Under the pieces are notes generated by a model, which saw only the letters and a list, made by a program, of their open reading frames with translations, did no database searches and was not told where the DNA came from. This document shows positions 19,923 through 31,022 of a stretch of DNA of 64,000 bases, in pieces. A program made the translations under genes and the position numbers. Positions within the stretch are counted from its first letter, which is position 1; every line of letters starts with the position of its first letter. Source of the stretch: an uncultured virus (IMG/VR IMGVR_UViG_3300025470_001263) (Duplodnaviria; Heunggongvirae; Uroviricota; Caudoviricetes); IMG/VR virus record IMGVR_UViG_3300025470_001263. The stretch is one strand, 5' to 3'.

Positions 19923-20678
19923 TTATTTTCTTGAAAGAATAGTCAAACCTGTAGATGACGGTTTATTCTTGATAATACCGTGATTAAATAAATTCAATTT
20001 TTGCCATTTTGTTTCATCAATTTCTTGTGAAAACTTAATTGGCCCAGTCCAATCATCGTGGGCTCCTCTATCCTTAACTTCTTGAGTTACAATGAATTTA
20101 TCGGCATAGTCAGGATCGGTATCGTGAATTGAGATGATACCTCTGTCAGAAAGTAATTGTGTGTATAAATCAAAATCTTCTTTTACATTATCATAAGAAT
20201 GTCCTGCATCAATATGTAAATAATCTATTTTAATTTCCTGTTTAACAAAAAAATTATGGAATGCGTCTTCTGTAGTGGTATTCAAAATTCTTGGATGGAA
20301 AGTACTTCTAAAAAATGATTCTTCTTTGAACCAGTCGACTTGTCCGCCAATCCCGTTCATAGCGTCAACAATAAATGTTACACCAATATCCCCCCAACTA
20401 TAATCAGGGTCACCTTCGAATATATGTTGTCCGTGTAAATCAATCCTTGCTTGTGTCATTATACGAGGTATAAAACCACCTCCACTACCTAAACATACAC
20501 ATACTTTTGCCCTCATAAATTGAATGAGTGAATATATTAATAATCCATCACCTAAATGTTCATCAGTGGCTCCGTGGGACCATCTATATGGAACATTTCT
20601 TTGAATCTGATCGCCAAATTCATCTATCTCACTATTATTAGTAATTCGTTCTTTAACAAATTTAGTATCTATTATCAT
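19923..20678 (-). CDS. Class I SAM-dependent methyltransferase (Methyltransf_24-like)
   Basis: CLGSGGG, IDYLHIDAGHSY, GIISIHDT. Confidence 0.8.
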   Translation of the reverse strand: MIIDTKFVKERITNNSEIDEFGDQIQRNVPYRWSHGATDEHLGDGLLIYSLIQFMRAKVCVCLGSGGGFIPRIMTQARIDLHGQHIFEGDPDYSWGDIGVTFIVDAMNGIGGQVDWFKEESFFRSTFHPRILNTTTEDAFHNFFVKQEIKIDYLHIDAGHSYDNVKEDFDLYTQLLSDRGIISIHDTDPDYADKFIVTQEVKDRGAHDDWTGPIKFSQEIDETKWQKLNLFNHGIIKNKPSSTGLTILSRK

Positions 20679-20684
20679 AATAAA

Positions 20685-21419
20685 TTATTTAAACCACTCA
20701 GGTAATTGTTCTAAAGGTGTATATCTATTTATTGGTTTTATTTTATCCTTTAATATATCAAAAAGTTCAGTATCTTTTTGTATAGGAGTTGAAGATGTTA
20801 TAGCTGATATTTGAATCGATATACCTTCACCTGCACCCATAGTTGTACCGATATCGTTTATGTCAATTTTTTCTTTTACTATTTGTAGTTTTTCATACAT
20901 TTCATAAAATCCAACAATATTAAAATCTTCTTTGTTTATAACTAAAAAATGTTCCCATATTAATTCATTTTCACCGAAATTTTCATAGAAACTACTTACA
21001 TATTCTTTATAATCATTCCAATCTGAACTATTTAAATTCAAATCTTTTATATATTGTTTTCTTGTTCTATGATTCAGAAGTGTATCGATATATGATATTC
21101 CTTTTTTAAAAGAATATGTTTTAAAATCTTTAAAAAAATCATAGTTTTTGATATTACTGTCCGCGTCAATTAAAATACAAATATCGTGATGAGGTAAAAT
21201 ATATTTTGGTAATATCATTTTATCGTGATATGATTTTGTTATTCTATGGTGCGGAATAATATGTAGAACTCTATCGTTATAATTTTTAAAATAATTGGGG
21301 TTATTTGTTAGAACATAACAATGAAATCCTCTTTCCAAAATCCTTTGAACTTTATGTTCGGTACCTTTGAAATATTTTTCATCACCAAAACAGAATATAC
21401 CAAAGCCCATGTTATTCAT
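20685..21419 (-). CDS. Putative GT-A fold glycosyltransferase
   Basis: YVLTN...HDK...CILIDAD (DxD), plus gene context. Confidence 0.5.
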   Translation of the reverse strand: MNNMGFGIFCFGDEKYFKGTEHKVQRILERGFHCYVLTNNPNYFKNYNDRVLHIIPHHRITKSYHDKMILPKYILPHHDICILIDADSNIKNYDFFKDFKTYSFKKGISYIDTLLNHRTRKQYIKDLNLNSSDWNDYKEYVSSFYENFGENELIWEHFLVINKEDFNIVGFYEMYEKLQIVKEKIDINDIGTTMGAGEGISIQISAITSSTPIQKDTELFDILKDKIKPINRYTPLEQLPEWFK

Positions 21420-21428
21420 AAAAAATAA

Positions 21429-22064
21429 TTAATATGCATAAATACCAACGTGTCTTATTTCCATACTCAAAACCGTATCGATATAGATTTTATATTCTAA
21501 GTCTCTTAATTTTCTTTGTAAACTAAAATCTTCACCTAACCAATCTTCCGTTTCATTTTTATATTCAAATTCGAAATAAGGTTTTGATAGTTTATTGAAT
21601 ATATCTGTTTTCATTAACATACAACCCATACCAACACCTTGCACTTCAACTAAATCATTTTGTTCTTTCATCATTAACCAACTATCCCAATCATTTATAT
21701 CAGTATAAGCAACTGTTCTCAAAGGTTTCGATCTTTTCATATAATTGCAAGCAACAATATCTTTATTATGCGCTAATAATCGATTAACAATTGTGGATGG
21801 AAACATCATATCGCTATCCAACCATAATACATAATCAGCATTTATATTTTGAGCATTTTTTATTAAATTTTCCCTTTGATTCAATAATATTGTACTACTA
21901 TCAAAAAACAAATTAGAGTCAATTCCTGTTTCTTGCAATGTCTTTATTAATTCAGCTAAACAAAATGCAAAGTGTGAATGAACGTTATCTCTAGTTGGGA
22001 CTAAAATGGCTAATTTAATTTGTTTTCCGTCCCATATTGTGCTTTCATATATAGATTTACTCAT
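21429..22064 (-). CDS. GT2-like glycosyltransferase
   Basis: ILVPTR, REN, WLDSD, GMGCML, GEDFS. Confidence 0.8.
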   Translation of the reverse strand: MSKSIYESTIWDGKQIKLAILVPTRDNVHSHFAFCLAELIKTLQETGIDSNLFFDSSTILLNQRENLIKNAQNINADYVLWLDSDMMFPSTIVNRLLAHNKDIVACNYMKRSKPLRTVAYTDINDWDSWLMMKEQNDLVEVQGVGMGCMLMKTDIFNKLSKPYFEFEYKNETEDWLGEDFSLQRKLRDLEYKIYIDTVLSMEIRHVGIYAY

Positions 22065-22501
22065 AATCCAGGTATATTGTTAGATATTTTAGTTTCTTGT
22101 GAAGTTACGTTTCTACCTATCTCGATTAATTCTTGAGTTCTTTTAATCACTAATTTGAAATCTGATATTGGTAAATTACTTATTATTTCATATGTTTTTC
22201 TATCAAAAAAACCCGTGGTAAGAATATCAATAGCTCCCCTTTTGGCATATTTTTCGATAAAAGCCATTCTTGTTATTTCAAGGTCATTATTCAATAACCC
22301 TTTCAATTTTTTGAAATCGTGTTTGAGAAATATTTTGTTTAATGTGATGTATTCACTATTCCAACGACTACTAAAAAGACAAAGAAAATTTAACCATTTG
22401 AGTCTATTCAAAAACTTTATTAATTTTTCTTTATCAAATTCAATATCTTTCCATATGACATGTTCTAATTCATAAGGTGATGTTGATTTATTAATTTTCA
22501 T
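22061..22501 (-). CDS. Hypothetical protein
   Basis: ATG at 22501 directly follows a TATATTTG element; coupled to the downstream GT. Confidence 0.65.
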   Translation of the reverse strand: MKINKSTSPYELEHVIWKDIEFDKEKLIKFLNRLKWLNFLCLFSSRWNSEYITLNKIFLKHDFKKLKGLLNNDLEITRMAFIEKYAKRGAIDILTTGFFDRKTYEIISNLPISDFKLVIKRTQELIEIGRNVTSQETKISNNIPGL

Positions 22502-22536
22502 ACTCAAATATATGAAAAAAAAATGAAAAAATAAAA

Positions 22537-22767
22537 TTAATACACTCCTGAGCCTGATAATCCACCAAAACTTAGTGATTCATTTGTTTGTGAACCTGAG
22601 GCAATATTATTACCAGGAGCTGAAGTATTCCTACCTCTATTTATTCCCAAGGTTCCATTCAATTTGAGACTAGCAGTAGGAATAGATCCGCTTGTGTATA
22701 AACCAAGTGCGGATCCAATCCTTCCCATACTTACCATTTGTCCTGTTGCCGGTATAACTGTAGCCAT
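22537..22767 (-). CDS. Small Gly/Ser-rich protein, possibly fibre-tip associated
   Basis: Starts 2 nt after the giant fibre stop; N-terminus MATVIPATGQMVSMG. Confidence 0.6.
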   Translation of the reverse strand: MATVIPATGQMVSMGRIGSALGLYTSGSIPTASLKLNGTLGINRGRNTSAPGNNIASGSQTNESLSFGGLSGSGVY

Positions 22768-22769
22768 AT

Positions 22770-25700
22770 TTATTTAATTTTCGCCTCTAAAGCTTCAATT
22801 CTTTTTAATAATTCTTTATTGGTTTCAATTAATAAAGCAACCATTTTTTCGTATTTAACTGCCTTATAACCATTGTCTCTTGTTATTACTAATTCAGGTA
22901 AAACAGCTTCAATTTCTTGTGCTATAACCCCGATATCGTGTCCTTCATATTGATGTGCACCTTCTGTAGGAATCCAATCAAATGTATAACCACCAATTTG
23001 TTTCAATATATCTAAAGAACCTGAAATTGTCAATACATTTTCTTTCAATCTACTATCTGAAGATGAATATGCGATAACGTCACCTGTGAATGTACCTGCA
23101 CCAGTTACAAACAACGGTATAGATGATCTTAAAGATGAACCATCATCTGTTACAGATGAGTTAGTAACAGTTGTTGATGTAGCAAATTTAACTATAGTGT
23201 TAGCAACCCCTGATACAGTAACTGACGTTCCTGAAGAACCTGATGAACCACTAGAACCACTCACACCTGATGAACCACTAGAACCTGATGTTCCTGAAGA
23301 ACCTGATGAACCTGATGAACCTGATGAACCTGATGAACCGTTAGCACCATTCACACCTGAACTACCACTTGTTCCTGAAGTTCCAGAAGAACCACTTGAG
23401 CCTGAAGACCCACTTGAACCACTAGATCCAGACGAACCCGAGGTACCTGAACTTCCACTAGTTCCTGAAGAACCCGATGAACCACTTGAACCAGAAGAAC
23501 CATTTGAGCCTGATGTTCCTGAAGAACCACTTGAACCAGAAGAACCATTTGAACCTGATGTTCCTGAACTTCCTGAAGAACCTGAGCTTCCAGATGAACC
23601 TGACGTTCCACTAGAACCACTTGTTCCACTTGAACCCGAAGAACCAGATGTTCCTGAAGTACCTGAAGACCCACTTGACCCACTTGAACCAGAAGAACCA
23701 CTTGAACCACTCGTTCCACTTGTTCCTGTTGAACCTGATGTACCTGAACTACCTGAAGAACCACTTGAACCAGATGAACCCGAACTACCTGATGTGCCAG
23801 ATGTTCCAGAAGAACCTGAAGAACCACTTGTTCCACTAGTTCCCGATGAACCGCTCGAACCTGAAGAGCCGCTTGTGCCTGAAGAACCAGATGTTCCACT
23901 CGTTCCTGATGAACCGCTTGATCCTGATGTTCCAGATGTTCCACTTGTACCTGATGTACCACTGTAACCTACTGCACCTGCTAAACCAACTGACCAATCT
24001 GAATGTGAACCACTACCTACAGCTATTTCAACTGTTGCTGTAAATGCACCTGTAGTTGAGTTATAACTTGTTAATCTTGCTTCAATGTAGTTTGTTGTAC
24101 CTGATGAAGCTGAAGATGAAAGTACCACATCTTGACCAATAGTATAAGCTAATCCTGCATCACCTGTAAATGATATTGTTGAACCACTTACAAGTCCTGT
24201 TATATTAATTGCACTTGTTGATGTTGTTGTATATATACTACCCGAAGACCCTGAAGTTCCACTTGTACCTGAAGTACCTGAAACCCCTGATGTACCCGAA
24301 GAACCAGAAGAACCACTTGTACCAGTAGAGCCTGAAGAACCTGAACTACCTGATGAACCTGAACTACCAGATGATCCCGAGGTGCCACTTGTTCCTGAAC
24401 TTCCTGATGTTCCACTTGTTCCTGAAGAACCCGAAGAACCACTAGATCCTGATGTTCCTGAGCTTCCCGATGAACCACTTGATCCTGATGTTCCTGATGT
24501 ACCCGTAGAACCTGAACTACCCGATGTTCCTGAAGTACCACTTGAACCACTTGTTCCACTTGTTCCTGCACTTCCTGAAGAACCGCTCGTTCCACTTGAA
24601 CCCGAAGAACCTGATGAACCACTAGATCCTGAAGAACCAGATGAACCCGATGAACCTGATGTTCCTGAAGAACCATTAGAACCTGAACTACCTGAAGTAC
24701 CTGAAGTACCACTTGAACCACTTGTTCCACTTGTTCCCGAAGAACCATTTGAACCAGATGAACCTGATGTTCCACTTGTTCCTGAAGAACCAGAAGAACC
24801 TGATGTTCCACTTGTTCCTGAAGAACCAGAAGAACCTGATGTTCCACTTGTTCCGGCCGAACCTGAACTACCAGATGAACCTGAAGTTCCACTCGATCCT
24901 GAACTACCAGAAGAACCTGCAGAACCCGAAGTACCTGAAGAACCTGATGATCCACTTGTACCTGAAGAACCATTAGAACCCGAAGTACCTGATGTACCAC
25001 TTGTACCTGAACTACCTGAAGTACCTGATGTTCCAGAAGAACCTGAAGACCCACTTAATCCTGAAGAACCCGAACTACCAGATGAACCTGAAGTTCCACT
25101 TGTTCCTGATGTACCACTCGTTCCACTTGTTCCAGAAGAACCACTTGTACCTGAAGAACCTGAAGTTCCTGATGTACCTGAACTACCTGATGAACCCGAA
25201 GAACCATTAGATCCTGAACTACCTGAAGTTCCACTAGTTCCTGATGTTCCACTAGTTCCTGAAGTTCCTGATGACCCACTAGAACCCGAAGACCCACTTG
25301 TTCCGCTAGTTCCTGAAGAACCATTTGAACCTGATGTTCCTGAAGTACCTGTTGAACCAGATGTACCGGAAGAACCTGATGTACCAGAGGACCCTGAACT
25401 ACCTGATGAACCTGAAGTTCCAGAAGTTCCTGAACTTCCTGAAATTCCACTAATTCCTGAAGAACCACTTGTACCATCAGTTCCTGAACTACCTGATGTT
25501 CCACTAGTACCTGAAGAACCTGATGAACCTGAACTTCCGCTTGAACCCGAAGAACCTGAAGTTCCAGAAGTTCCTGAACTTCCTGAAGTTCCACTTGTTC
25601 CTGAAGAACCGCTTGAACCAGATGTACCACTTGTACCGGACGTACCAGACGTTCCTGAAGTACCACTTGTACCTGAAGAACCACTTGATCCTGAAGTTCC

Positions 25701-28700
25701 TGAAGAACCTGAACTACCACTCGAACCTGAAGTTCCACTCGTTCCTGAAGAACCGCTCGTGCCTGAAGAACCTGAAGAACCACTTGTTCCTGAAGTACCT
25801 GAAGAACCACTTGTTCCTGAAGAACCGCTCGTTCCACTTGAACCTGAACTACCTGATGAACCACTAGTACCACTTGTTCCTGTTGAACCCGAACTACCTG
25901 AAGTACCGCTTGAACCATCTGTTCCGCTTGTTCCGGATGTTCCGGATGTTCCTGAAGAACCTGAACTACCAGATGATCCACTTGAACCCGAAGAACCCGA
26001 ACTTCCACTCGTACCTGAAGTACCTGACGTACCTGAAGGTGCGTTGAATGATGTAACTAAATAAGAATAGTTAGCGTTACCTTCAGTGTAAAAAGTAAAT
26101 GAAATGCTTGAACTATTATTATTTGTTGAATATAATTTTGTATAAATTCTATCTGTTGGGTCTAATACCGCTCCTGCATAGAATGAATCAAAATAGTAAG
26201 AATATGGTGTAGATGTTGTTTGTAAAGTTACTGTTCCTGTTGTAAATAATAAAGTTGAAGCTCCACCAATTGAATATTTGTATACTTCTGCATATAAATC
26301 TATACTTGACGCATTTGCATCAGTGCAAGTAATGTTTAAATTGAAACCCCAAACACCACCAGGTATTAAACTAACATCAGGAGAACCTGTATCTGTTGCG
26401 AATGTTTCCCATAAATGTGCACTTGTATTACCATTTGTTGAAACAACTAAGCTTTGTTGAGATACTGTAGTTGCTGTTGTAGACATTTCTTTATATGTCG
26501 GACTACCAAATGCTGTATTAGTATTATTTGATTGGTTGAAATAATATATTTGACCTCCTGAGATACCATCTCTACCATTTTGACCTGAGGTACCGCTTGT
26601 TCCACTTGTTCCATCAGAACCATTTACTCCCGATACACCACTAGAACCACTTGTTCCTGCAGAACCCGAAGAACCTGATGTTCCACTTGTTCCACTTGTA
26701 CCCGAGGTTCCTGATGTTCCAGAAGAACCTGATGTTCCAGAAGAACCACTTGTTCCACTTGAACCACTTGAACCTGATGTTCCAGAAGAACCTGATGTTC
26801 CTGAAGAACCACTTGTACCTGAAGAACCTGATGTACCGCTCGTACCAGATGTACCTGATGAACCTGAGCTACCACTTGAACCACTTGTTCCACTTGTACC
26901 AGATGTACCTGAAGTTCCACTTGTTCCTGAAGAACCTGAACTACCTGATGAACCTGAACTACCTGAAGAACCTGATGAACCACTTGTTCCTGAAGTTCCC
27001 GAAGAACCACTCGAACCCGAAGTTCCAGAAGTTCCTGACGTTCCACTTGTTCCTGATGTACCACTTGATCCTGATGAACCACTTGTTCCTGAACTACCGC
27101 TACTTCCACTTGAACCAGATGTTCCGCTCGTTCCTGAAGAACCACTTGTTCCTGAAGAACCTGAACTACCACTTGTACCCGAAGTACCAGATGAACCCGA
27201 ACTACCAGATGAACCTGATGTTCCTGAACTTCCTGAAGTACCATCACTTCCTGAAGTACCACTTGTTCCATCGCTACCACTAGTACCTGAAGTACCATCA
27301 CTACCGCTTGTTCCTGAAGTACCTGAAGTACCTGAAGTACCGCTTGAACCTGAAGAACCTGATGAACCATCTAAACCTGCTTCACCTGCTAAATTCAAAT
27401 ACCAAGTACCGAAACCATTACAGTTTGCACCATCGCAATGACCCATTTGTAAATTACCTTGTAATAAACCTGTTCCTGGATCATATGATGTTACAACCCA
27501 AGTGGCATATATGTTAGTATTTCCTTGATATATTGTTATAAATGTCTGTCCTGCTGTATATGATAAACCTGTTCCAACACTTGAACCGAAAGTTGGTTGA
27601 GTTACAGTAATAGAAGCAAAAAATGTGCTTGAATATGAAGATGATGTACCGCTTGAACCACTAGTCCCTGAAGAACCCGATGTACCACTTGTTCCGTCTG
27701 AACCACTTGTTCCTGAAGTTCCGCTTGTACCTGCTTGAGCGATTAAATCCCAAGATATTAATGAATCAGGCGTTTCATTTTGATTATCGGCGTTTGCAAC
27801 ATACGAACTACCATTGTAATTTACAACATCGTATCTTGCATAATATAAACCATAACTAAACGCACCTCTTAATGTAAATCCACTACCTGAAGTACCGTCA
27901 CTACCTGAAGTACCGTCACTACCTGATGAACCTGAAGAACCACTAGATCCTGAAGTTCCGTCGCTACCACTTGAGCCACTTGTACCGCTTGAACCACTTG
28001 TACCATCACTTCCGCTTGTTCCACTTGAACCTGAACTTCCGCTTGTTCCTGCTGAACCACTAGTACCTGAAGAACCGCTACTACCGCTTGAACCACTAGT
28101 TCCTGAACTACCAGAAGAACCCGATGAACCGCTACTACCGCTTGTACCTGAAGTTCCGTCACTTCCACTAGTACCTGAAGTACCATCAGTTCCGTCTACT
28201 CCTGAAATACCTGAAGAACCACTAGTACCATCGCTACCACTTGTTCCTGAAGATCCATCACTACCTGAAGTACCATCACTACCTGATGTACCACTTGAAC
28301 CATTACTTCCACTAGTTCCTGATGTTCCACTTGTTCCGTCTGATCCTGAACTACCCGATGTTCCTGATGAACCACTAGTTCCTGAAGAACCTGAGCTACC
28401 ACTTGAACCTGATGTTCCACTTGTTCCTGACGATCCATTACTACCTGAAGTACCGCTAGTTCCATCAGAACCATTTGTACCTGAAGTACCGTCTGTTCCA
28501 TCAATACCCGATATACCTGAAGAACCACTTGTTCCTGAAGAGCCGTCACTACCTGATGTACCACTAGTACCATCACTTCCTGAAGAACCCGAAGAACCTG
28601 AACTACCAGAAGAACCTGATGTTCCTGAACTTCCTGATGTACCATCACTACCGCTTGAACCACTTGTACCTGAAGAACCAGATGAACCACTTGAACCACT

Positions 28701-31022
28701 TGTACCTGAAGAACCAGATGAACCACTAGTTCCATCGCTTCCTGATGTACCACTAGTTCCATCAGAACCACTTGTTCCTGAAGTACCATCACTACCACTT
28801 GTACCTGAAGTACCATCACTACCACTTGTACCTGAAGTACCATCTGAACCACTAGTACCACTAGTACCATCACTACCTGATGTACCCGAAGAACCTGAAT
28901 AACCAACGGCACCATCTAATCCAACTGACCAATCTGAATAACTTCCCGAACCAATTCCTCTTTCGATTGAAGCCACAATTGTATTGGAACCTGAATAATA
29001 TGTAACAATTTTTGCTATCATATAATTGTTAGCATCGTGTGCGACAATTATATCTTGAGCTGTTGTGTATGCTAAATTTGTATCATTTACAACAAAAGTA
29101 AGTGTATCACCACTTATATTTGATATTGTTAAATTTGACGAGGATGTTGTTGTGTATATACTACCACTTGAACCACTTGTGCCTGATGTACCATCACTAC
29201 CACTTGTGCCTGAAGTTCCATCTGAACCGCTTGTTCCATCACTACCACTAGTTCCGCTTGTTCCATCACTACCTGATGTGCCACTTGTTCCATCACTACC
29301 GCTTGTTCCTGATGTTCCAGAGCTTCCTGAAGAACCTGAAGTTCCACTTGAACCACTAGTACCATCACTACCTGAACTACCTGAAGTTCCTGAAGAACCA
29401 CTCGTTCCTGAAGATCCGCTTGTACCAGAAGAACCTGATGTACCCGAAGTCCCGTCACTACCACTTGTACCTGAAGAACCATTAGAACCACTTGAACCTG
29501 AAGTACCACTTGAACCTGAAGTACCGCTAGTACCGCTTGTTCCGTCGCTACCCGATGTTCCGCTTGTACCATCACTACCTGATGTACCATCCGAACCACT
29601 AGTGCCGCTTGTACCATCAGAACCAGACGTACCCGAAGTACCATCTGTACCATCTACGCCTGAAATACCTGATGAACCACTTGTTCCATCACTACCTGAT
29701 GTTCCGTCACTACCACTAGTACCACTAGTTCCGTCAGAACCACTAGTTCCATCAGAACCACTAGTTCCACTTGAACCATCACTTCCTGATGTACCATCCG
29801 AACCACTAGTACCGCTTGAACCATCGCTTCCTGATGTACCATTCGAACCACTTGTTCCGCTTGAACCATCAGAACCAGAAGTACCTGAAGTACCGTCACT
29901 TCCTGATGTGCCATCCGAACCACTTGTTCCGCTTGAACCATCAGATCCGCTAGTACCACTTGTTCCATCACTACCTGAAGAACCAGATGTTCCTGAACTT
30001 CCTGATGAACCTGAGCTACCTGAAGTCCCACTTGAACCACTTGTACCAGATGTACCATTCATACCCGATGTTCCTGAACTTCCTGAAGTTCCGTTTGTAC
30101 CATCCGTACCACTTGTACCATCAGTTCCAGAAGAACCTGATGTTCCATCTGTTCCAGATAAACCTGAAGTACCCGAAGTTCCATCAATACCACTTGAACC
30201 TGAAGAACCGCTACTACCGCTTGTTCCTGAAGAACCCGCTGAACCTGAGGTTCCTATACTTGATAACCAAGTAGAACCATCATAACGATATACGTTATTA
30301 TCATTTGTATTGTAATATAATGAACCCGTATATTCTCCAACTGGTTCACTTGAATATAAAGGAAGTTTTAAATATTTATCCGCATCAATATTTCCTATTA
30401 CTTGAGACGCTGAAACATAACCAGTAGCAGTTAAATTACCGTTGATATTTTGGTCACCATTGAATGTATTTCCTGTTCTCAAATCGGCAAAAACTAAAAA
30501 ACTATTTTGATCGTAAATTGTTTTACCAGTTGGAATGTATAAATTACCATCACCCCAGAAGTCCCATTCTAAAAAAGAACCACTATCAGGACCAAATCCA
30601 TATAAACCTACACCAACATTAGTTTGGTTAACCCAAACATATGTATTGTGATTATAATCAAGTCCTAACCAAGGATACGAACCACTAGCACTATTCGCGT
30701 GTAAATAAAAACCACCATCAATGTCTAATTTACCTAATTCGATACCATCATCATCTCCAAAAAAAAGACTATTCGATAGATGTAATGCACCACTAATATG
30801 ACCATCACCAATTAAATTAATACTACCACTTATTGAAAGCGATCCAGTATTATATGTGTTAGTTGTAATTATTTCTTCAATTGATGGTGCAATTGAACCT
30901 GACTTAGCAAAATAAAGCTTACCGTCAGTGGTGTTTATTGATAATTCACCTAATTGTAATTGGTCGTTAGTAGGGATTTTACCCGCTACCGAACTTCTAC
31001 GAAGTTTAATAATTTGAGCCAT
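22770..31022 (-). CDS. Giant fibre protein (2750 aa): N-terminal attachment domain, Gly-X-Ser repeats, internal modules, C-terminal peptidase S74 intramolecular chaperone
   Basis: IKLRRS...GELSINTTDGKLY N-terminus; (GTS/GSS/GSD)n; SSDSRLKENV...GVIAQEIEAVLPELV...VKYEK plus a coiled-coil tail. Confidence 0.85.
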   Translation of the reverse strand: MAQIIKLRRSSVAGKIPTNDQLQLGELSINTTDGKLYFAKSGSIAPSIEEIITTNTYNTGSLSISGSINLIGDGHISGALHLSNSLFFGDDDGIELGKLDIDGGFYLHANSASGSYPWLGLDYNHNTYVWVNQTNVGVGLYGFGPDSGSFLEWDFWGDGNLYIPTGKTIYDQNSFLVFADLRTGNTFNGDQNINGNLTATGYVSASQVIGNIDADKYLKLPLYSSEPVGEYTGSLYYNTNDNNVYRYDGSTWLSSIGTSGSAGSSGTSGSSGSSGSSGIDGTSGTSGLSGTDGTSGSSGTDGTSGTDGTNGTSGSSGTSGMNGTSGTSGSSGTSGSSGSSGSSGTSGSSGSDGTSGTSGSDGSSGTSGSDGTSGSDGTSGTSGSDGSSGTSGSNGTSGSDGSSGTSGSDGTSGSDGSSGTSGSDGTSGSDGTSGTSGSDGTSGSDGTSGSSGISGVDGTDGTSGTSGSDGTSGTSGSDGTSGSDGTSGTSGSDGTSGTSGTSGSSGTSGSSGSNGSSGTSGSDGTSGTSGSSGTSGSSGTSGSSGTSGSSGSDGTSGSSGTSGSSGSSGTSGTSGSDGTSGTSGSDGTSGTSGSDGTSGSDGTSGTSGSDGTSGTSGSSGSIYTTTSSSNLTISNISGDTLTFVVNDTNLAYTTAQDIIVAHDANNYMIAKIVTYYSGSNTIVASIERGIGSGSYSDWSVGLDGAVGYSGSSGTSGSDGTSGTSGSDGTSGTSGSDGTSGTSGSDGTSGTSGSDGTSGTSGSDGTSGSSGSSGTSGSSGSSGSSGTSGSSGSDGTSGSSGTSGSSGSSGSSGSSGSDGTSGTSGSDGSSGTSGSSGISGIDGTDGTSGTNGSDGTSGTSGSNGSSGTSGTSGSSGSSGSSGTSGSSGTSGSSGSDGTSGTSGTSGSNGSSGTSGSDGTSGSDGSSGTSGSDGTSGSSGISGVDGTDGTSGTSGSDGTSGTSGSSGSSGSSGSSGTSGSSGSSGSSGTSGSAGTSGSSGSSGTSGSDGTSGSSGTSGSSGSDGTSGSSGSSGSSGSDGTSGSDGTSGSGFTLRGAFSYGLYYARYDVVNYNGSSYVANADNQNETPDSLISWDLIAQAGTSGTSGTSGSDGTSGTSGSSGTSGSSGTSSSYSSTFFASITVTQPTFGSSVGTGLSYTAGQTFITIYQGNTNIYATWVVTSYDPGTGLLQGNLQMGHCDGANCNGFGTWYLNLAGEAGLDGSSGSSGSSGTSGTSGTSGTSGSDGTSGTSGSDGTSGTSGSDGTSGSSGTSGSSGSSGSSGTSGTSGSSGSSGTSGSSGTSGTSGSSGSSGSSGTSGSSGSSGTSGTSGTSGTSGTSGSSGSSGTSGTSGSSGSSGSSGSSGSSGSSGTSGTSGTSGTSGTSGSSGSSGSSGTSGTSGTSGSSGTSGSSGTSGSSGTSGSSGSSGTSGSSGTSGSSGTSGTSGTSGTSGTSGSSGSAGTSGSSGVSGVNGSDGTSGTSGTSGQNGRDGISGGQIYYFNQSNNTNTAFGSPTYKEMSTTATTVSQQSLVVSTNGNTSAHLWETFATDTGSPDVSLIPGGVWGFNLNITCTDANASSIDLYAEVYKYSIGGASTLLFTTGTVTLQTTSTPYSYYFDSFYAGAVLDPTDRIYTKLYSTNNNSSSISFTFYTEGNANYSYLVTSFNAPSGTSGTSGTSGSSGSSGSSGSSGSSGSSGTSGTSGTSGTDGSSGTSGSSGSTGTSGTSGSSGSSGSSGTSGSSGTSGSSGTSGTSGSSGSSGTSGSSGTSGTSGSSGSSGSSGTSGSSGSSGTSGTSGTSGTSGTSGTSGSSGSSGTSGTSGSSGTSGTSGSSGSSGSSGSSGSSGTSGTSGSSGTDGTSGSSGISGISGSSGTSGTSGSSGSSGSSGTSGSSGTSGSTGTSGTSGSNGSSGTSGTSGSSGSSGSSGTSGTSGTSGTSGTSGSSGSNGSSGSSGSSGTSGTSGSSGTSGSSGTSGTSGTSGTSGTSGSSGSSGSSGLSGSSGSSGTSGTSGSSGTSGTSGTSGSNGSSGTSGSSGSSGTSGSAGSSGSSGSSGTSGSSGSSGSAGTSGTSGSSGSSGTSGTSGSSGSSGTSGTSGSSGSNGSSGTSGTSGSSGTSGTSGSSGSNGSSGTSGSSGSSGSSGSSGSSGSSGSSGTSGSSGSAGTSGTSGSSGTSGTSGSSGSTGTSGTSGSSGSSGSSGTSGSSGSSGSSGTSGTSGSSGTSGTSGSSGSSGSSGSSGSSGSTGTSGSSGSSGTSGVSGTSGTSGTSGSSGSIYTTTSTSAINITGLVSGSTISFTGDAGLAYTIGQDVVLSSSASSGTTNYIEARLTSYNSTTGAFTATVEIAVGSGSHSDWSVGLAGAVGYSGTSGTSGTSGTSGSSGSSGTSGTSGSSGTSGSSGSSGSSGTSGTSGSSGSSGTSGTSGSSGSSGSSGSSGSSGTSGSTGTSGTSGSSGSSGSSGSSGSSGTSGTSGSSGSSGTSGSSGTSGSSGSSGSSGSSGTSGSNGSSGSSGSSGTSGSNGSSGSSGSSGSSGTSGSSGTSGSSGSSGSSGSSGSSGSSGTSGTSGSSGVNGANGSSGSSGSSGSSGSSGTSGSSGSSGVSGSSGSSGSSGTSVTVSGVANTIVKFATSTTVTNSSVTDDGSSLRSSIPLFVTGAGTFTGDVIAYSSSDSRLKENVLTISGSLDILKQIGGYTFDWIPTEGAHQYEGHDIGVIAQEIEAVLPELVITRDNGYKAVKYEKMVALLIETNKELLKRIEALEAKIK

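Noticed and set aside
10545..22064. DNA hypermodification (e.g. 7-deazaguanine/QueE) or RiPP cluster
   Set aside because: No queC/queD/folE/dpdA, no nucleotide kinase or thymidylate-synthase homologs, and no clear precursor peptide in the window; not excluded genome-wide
522..22475. Short antisense ORFs in the track (e.g. 522-764, 5278-5655, 10834-11337, 13169-13606, 22155-22475)
   Set aside because: Fully nested opposite well-supported genes and carry no motifs
1..22500. Bacterial chromosomal O-antigen/capsule locus
   Set aside because: No flippase, polymerase, initiating transferase or export genes; contiguous with an S74 fibre, a gp46-like gene and phage-style hypotheticals
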